Shown in pieces: positions 60,504-64,000 of a stretch of 64,000 nucleotides of DNA (the stretch's first letter is position 1; the number at the start of each line of letters is the position of its first letter). The stretch comes from an uncultured Candidatus Saccharibacteria bacterium (GTDB lineage Bacteria; Patescibacteriota; Minisyncoccia; Phycocordibacterales; JACNGX01). The translations under genes and the position numbers were made by a program. A model generated the notes under the pieces. It ran no database searches, was not told the DNA's origin, and saw only the letters and a program-made list of their open reading frames with translations. Where the stretch lies: assembly GCA_964621395.1 (NCBI GenBank), contig CAZULS010000002.1, positions 87,306 through 151,305 on the forward strand. The letters run 5' to 3'.

Positions 60504-62129
60504 ATGTTAGACTATCAAGTTATTTCATTATTTGCTGTAGCGATTATCAGCGCCTTGTTTAGTTATGTCATTTCAGGGAAAAGAGGAGAAAAAAGTAAAC
60601 GAACGGAGACCACTCTTTTCTCGCTCATAGCTATTTTCATCGGTCTGTGGGCACTCAATATATCGTTCTTTATACAGCAACAATATGGTGACTTTACGTT
60701 TCTCTTTGTGAACGCATATTATGTGTCAGCGGCGTTTATTCCTCTCCTCTTTTTCTATTTTGCCGTTTCATATGTCAACGATAAACATATAAAGCTCGTC
60801 CATAATGTTATTTGCGCCCTCCCACTCCTTTTTCTTATTGGTGCATTGTTGGTTGATCCCTATTTCCTTATTACGTCGATTACTCCTCAAAACAGTGGTG
60901 TCACATTTAATATTCCCGTATACATTGCATATTCGGCTTATTTTTTTGTTTTTATTGTTTGGACATACAGTTTACTTGTCTACGCATTTGTAAAGGAGAA
61001 AAATACCATACAGCGCGTACAATTGAAACTGATTATCATAGGAACCCTTGTTTCGTTTTTATTGGGGCTATTTTTTAATCTCATTCTTCCGTGGTTTAAC
61101 ATTTATGAACACATATGGCTTGGACCAGTCTTTTCTTTAATCTTCGTGTTTTCAATGGGGTATGCAATTATCCGTCACAACCTTTTCAACATAAAAGTCG
61201 TCACGACAAAAATATTGGTATTCGGCCTACTTTTTTTCATTTTTGTTCGATTTCTCATTGCGGAAAATCTTGAGAATAAAATAACAGAAAGTGTACTCTT
61301 TCTTGTCACAACAATTGCCGGATTGTTTATTATACGAAATGTGATGCAGGAAATTCAGGTGCGTGAAGAGGCAGAGAAACTTGCTGAGCAGCTTCGAAAG
61401 GCGAACGCGCGGTTACGAGAGCTAGATCGGCAAAAGTCGGAGTTTGTTTCTATTGCTTCGCATCAATTGCGGACACCGCTCACTGCCATTAAAGGTTATT
61501 CATCCATGCTTTTGGATGGTTCGTTTGGAAAAATGTGTAAGGGAAGTGTCGAGCCGGTGGAGAAAATTTATCGTTCGTCGCAGCGGCTTGTGGGTGTCGT
61601 GGAAGATTTTCTCAATGTGACTCGCATTGAGCAAGGGAGGATGAGTTATGATTTCCGACCGGTCGATATGCACCATATCTGTGAGAATGTTGTGGAAGAA
61701 CTTTCGTTTGGGGCAAAAGACAAAGGATTGGATTTGATATTCAAATGCGGAAAGCCCGGGGCAATCGTGTCGGCTGACCAAGGGAAAATTCGTCAGGTTG
61801 CGCTCAATCTCGTGGACAATGCGGTGAAATACACCGAGAAAGGGGAGGTAGAGGTGTGTTTGAGAGATGACGATCCGAAACACGTTGTCTTTGAAGTGGT
61901 TGACACCGGTATCGGTATCCCCGAAGAATTTAAAAAGCGCATGTTTGAAAAATTTAGTCGTGCCGATAATAGCGGTGCGTATCACGCCAACGGCTCCGGT
62001 ATCGGTTTGTATATTGTAAAAGAAATTGTTGAAGCACATAAAGGGACAGTCAGCGTTGATTCAAAAGAAGGGAAGGGTGCGACATTTACCGTCACATTGC
62101 CGCGTGTGAAGGAGGAGACGAAAGGGTAA
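60504..62129 (+). CDS. multi-TM sensor histidine kinase
   Basis: about 9 N-terminal TM, ASHQLRTPLT, NLVDNAVKYT, DTGIGI, GSGIGLY. Confidence 0.93.
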   Translation: MLDYQVISLFAVAIISALFSYVISGKRGEKSKRTETTLFSLIAIFIGLWALNISFFIQQQYGDFTFLFVNAYYVSAAFIPLLFFYFAVSYVNDKHIKLVHNVICALPLLFLIGALLVDPYFLITSITPQNSGVTFNIPVYIAYSAYFFVFIVWTYSLLVYAFVKEKNTIQRVQLKLIIIGTLVSFLLGLFFNLILPWFNIYEHIWLGPVFSLIFVFSMGYAIIRHNLFNIKVVTTKILVFGLLFFIFVRFLIAENLENKITESVLFLVTTIAGLFIIRNVMQEIQVREEAEKLAEQLRKANARLRELDRQKSEFVSIASHQLRTPLTAIKGYSSMLLDGSFGKMCKGSVEPVEKIYRSSQRLVGVVEDFLNVTRIEQGRMSYDFRPVDMHHICENVVEELSFGAKDKGLDLIFKCGKPGAIVSADQGKIRQVALNLVDNAVKYTEKGEVEVCLRDDDPKHVVFEVVDTGIGIPEEFKKRMFEKFSRADNSGAYHANGSGIGLYIVKEIVEAHKGTVSVDSKEGKGATFTVTLPRVKEETKG

Positions 62130-62313
62130 ACAGAGCTCTTTTGTCATCCCGCACTTGATGCGGGGTCTAAGCGTTACGAAACAACTCTTTCGAGATCCCG
62201 CATCAAGTGCGGGATGACAGGAAAAGAGAGTATTAAGAGCCTGTTCGTATGTTCGTACTGTTTTGTACTTCGTACCCCTCCCGAAAATTGTGTTTTGTGA
62301 TATAGTGGTGTCT

Positions 62314-63306
62314 ATGCATACTCAAAAAGAACAACCTATCGCATTGACTGGTGTGAAGCCAACCGGTCAACATCATGTGGGGAATTATTTTGGTGCCATG
62401 AAGCCGTTTGTTGATTTCCAGCTCAAAGGGGAGTATCAGACCTTTGTCTTTGTGGCGGATCTTCACGCACTTAATCTCATTACCGACGCGAAGCAAATGA
62501 GCGAGTATGCTCTCGGTATCGCCATGGATTATCTGGCTATCGGAGTGGACCCGAAAAAGACGGTGATGTACCGGCAATCGGATATTCCGGAAATTACCGA
62601 GCTCTCGTGGATTTTTAATACACTGACCTCAATGCCGTATCTCATGCGCGCGCATGCCTTTAAAGATGCCGAGGCGAAGAAAAGTGAGGTGAGTGCGGGG
62701 ACGTTTTGTTATCCTGTCTTAATGGCGGCTGATATTTTAATTCAGGATGCGAGTGTGGTGCCGGTGGGCAAAGATCAGAATCAGCACTTGGAAATTGCTC
62801 GCGATGTGGCGGCGAAATTTAATCACACGTATGGTGTTGAGATGTTTAAAGCACCTAAGACGGTGACGATTGAATCAGTGGCAACGGTGCCGGGTGTTGA
62901 TGGCCGGAAGATGAGCAAGAGCTACAACAACACCATTCCGCTCTTTGCAGACGATGAAACTTTGCGTAAGGCGGTTATGAGTATCGTGACAGATTCCAAA
63001 TCTCCCGAGGAGCCGAAGGATCCTGGGGAAGATAATATCTTCGCACTTCACAAACTCTTTAGCGCAAATGATATTGAAGAGATTGCACGACGATATCGTG
63101 AAGGGGAGATAGGGTATAAAGAATCCAAAGACATGCTCTATGAAAACATTCGTGCATTCATTACGCCGTTGCGAGAGAAGCGCGAGGCAATCGCTGCTGA
63201 TCCCGCTGCGGTAAAGAGAATACTCGATGAGGGCGGGGAAGTGGCGCGAGCTCGTGCGGCACGAAAGCTTGAAGAAGTGCGTGCGGCTGTTGGGCTCGAC
63301 TACTGA
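62314..63306 (+). CDS. trpS: tryptophan--tRNA ligase
   Basis: TGVKPTG..HVGNY, YPVLMAADI, VPVGKDQ, KMSKS. Confidence 0.98.
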   Translation: MHTQKEQPIALTGVKPTGQHHVGNYFGAMKPFVDFQLKGEYQTFVFVADLHALNLITDAKQMSEYALGIAMDYLAIGVDPKKTVMYRQSDIPEITELSWIFNTLTSMPYLMRAHAFKDAEAKKSEVSAGTFCYPVLMAADILIQDASVVPVGKDQNQHLEIARDVAAKFNHTYGVEMFKAPKTVTIESVATVPGVDGRKMSKSYNNTIPLFADDETLRKAVMSIVTDSKSPEEPKDPGEDNIFALHKLFSANDIEEIARRYREGEIGYKESKDMLYENIRAFITPLREKREAIAADPAAVKRILDEGGEVARARAARKLEEVRAAVGLDY

Positions 63307-63662
63307 AAAGTTACGAACTACGAATAATGCGAATATACGAATATAGTTTATATCAAGCAATACACGTGTTATCCTGGACTCTTGCCGAGCTCGACTTTCA
63401 CTGAATAAGCAAAAATATCAAAAACGATAGAAGAAAGAATAAAAAGTGTGTCACCAGAAATGCTTGTTGGTGAAAGTGAGGCTCTGGTGATTCAGGATCT
63501 CAAAAAGTGAAGATTCCGCATCAAGTGCGGAATGACAGTAAAGGTGGGTAATGGTATAGAAGATGTCTTCGTATGTTCGTATAACTTCGTACTTCGTACC
63601 CGAAGAGAGTTATTGAGCTGCATACATAGTAATATTATTGTTTCGACATCATTTAATTTCCT

Positions 63663-64000
63663 ATGCGTACTCTAATTAAAGACCTTCATAATCATATTGG
63701 CGAAGAAGTATCCATTTCCGGATGGGTGCATGTGCGTCGCGATCACGGCAAGCTGATTTTTATCGATCTTCGTGATGCAAGCGGTATTGTGCAAATGGTG
63801 GCACTTCCCAATCATGAAGAAGCGCAGAAAGAAGCGAGCGCTGTTCGTTCCGAATGGGTTGTGGAAGTGAAGGGAATCGTGAACGCTCGCCCTGAGAAAA
63901 TGGTAAATACAGACGAGTCTAATGGCGATATTGAAATTGAAATAACAGCGCTCAGCGTGCTTAATGAATCGGAAACACCGCCCTTTGAAGTAACAGAAGA
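63663..64000 (+). CDS. aspS: aspartate--tRNA ligase (3' end outside window)
   Basis: MRTLIKDL..GWVHVRRDHGKLIFIDLRD OB-fold start. Confidence 0.9.
   Translation, partial: MRTLIKDLHNHIGEEVSISGWVHVRRDHGKLIFIDLRDASGIVQMVALPNHEEAQKEASAVRSEWVVEVKGIVNARPEKMVNTDESNGDIEIEITALSVLNESETPPFEVTE

Overview
64 kb of a small bacterial chromosome. Gene content and style point to Patescibacteria/CPR, probably Parcubacteria (inference from the short RplM and AlaRS, the FtsA-like plus baseplate-J-like gene pair, the Lys-rich RpoD extension and the lack of Shine-Dalgarno sites). It encodes dnaG-rpoD, a SUF Fe-S operon, two MacB/LolCDE-type ABC systems, fba and pyk, hisS/alaS/trpS/aspS, lepB, pth, a PBP, truB, the infA-rpmJ-rpsMKD-rpoA-rplQ-rplM-rpsI cluster, grpE-dnaK-dnaJ, tRNA-Asn and tRNA-Glu, plus several AT-rich orphans. 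The unusual content is mostly non-coding, and no transposase, integrase or reverse transcriptase is recognisable in the window. (1) Several families of 7/8-mer tracts are A-rich after stop codons and T-rich before start codons. (2) Fold-back copies of tRNA 3' ends are joined to a shared ~100-bp core. (3) Hairpins with a TAAA/TC loop seem built from local sequence, and two are in frame inside rpoD. (4) Two fixed-length structured elements (185 and 195 bp) show compensatory changes in their stems. (5) TGTC-type REP-like palindromes carry nested inserts. Also notable are a leader-peptide attenuator before an MFS pump, a PlsC acyltransferase-methyltransferase fusion next to a membrane histidine kinase, and three promoter-driven candidate sRNAs. 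All calls were made by eye, with no database search or folding calculation.
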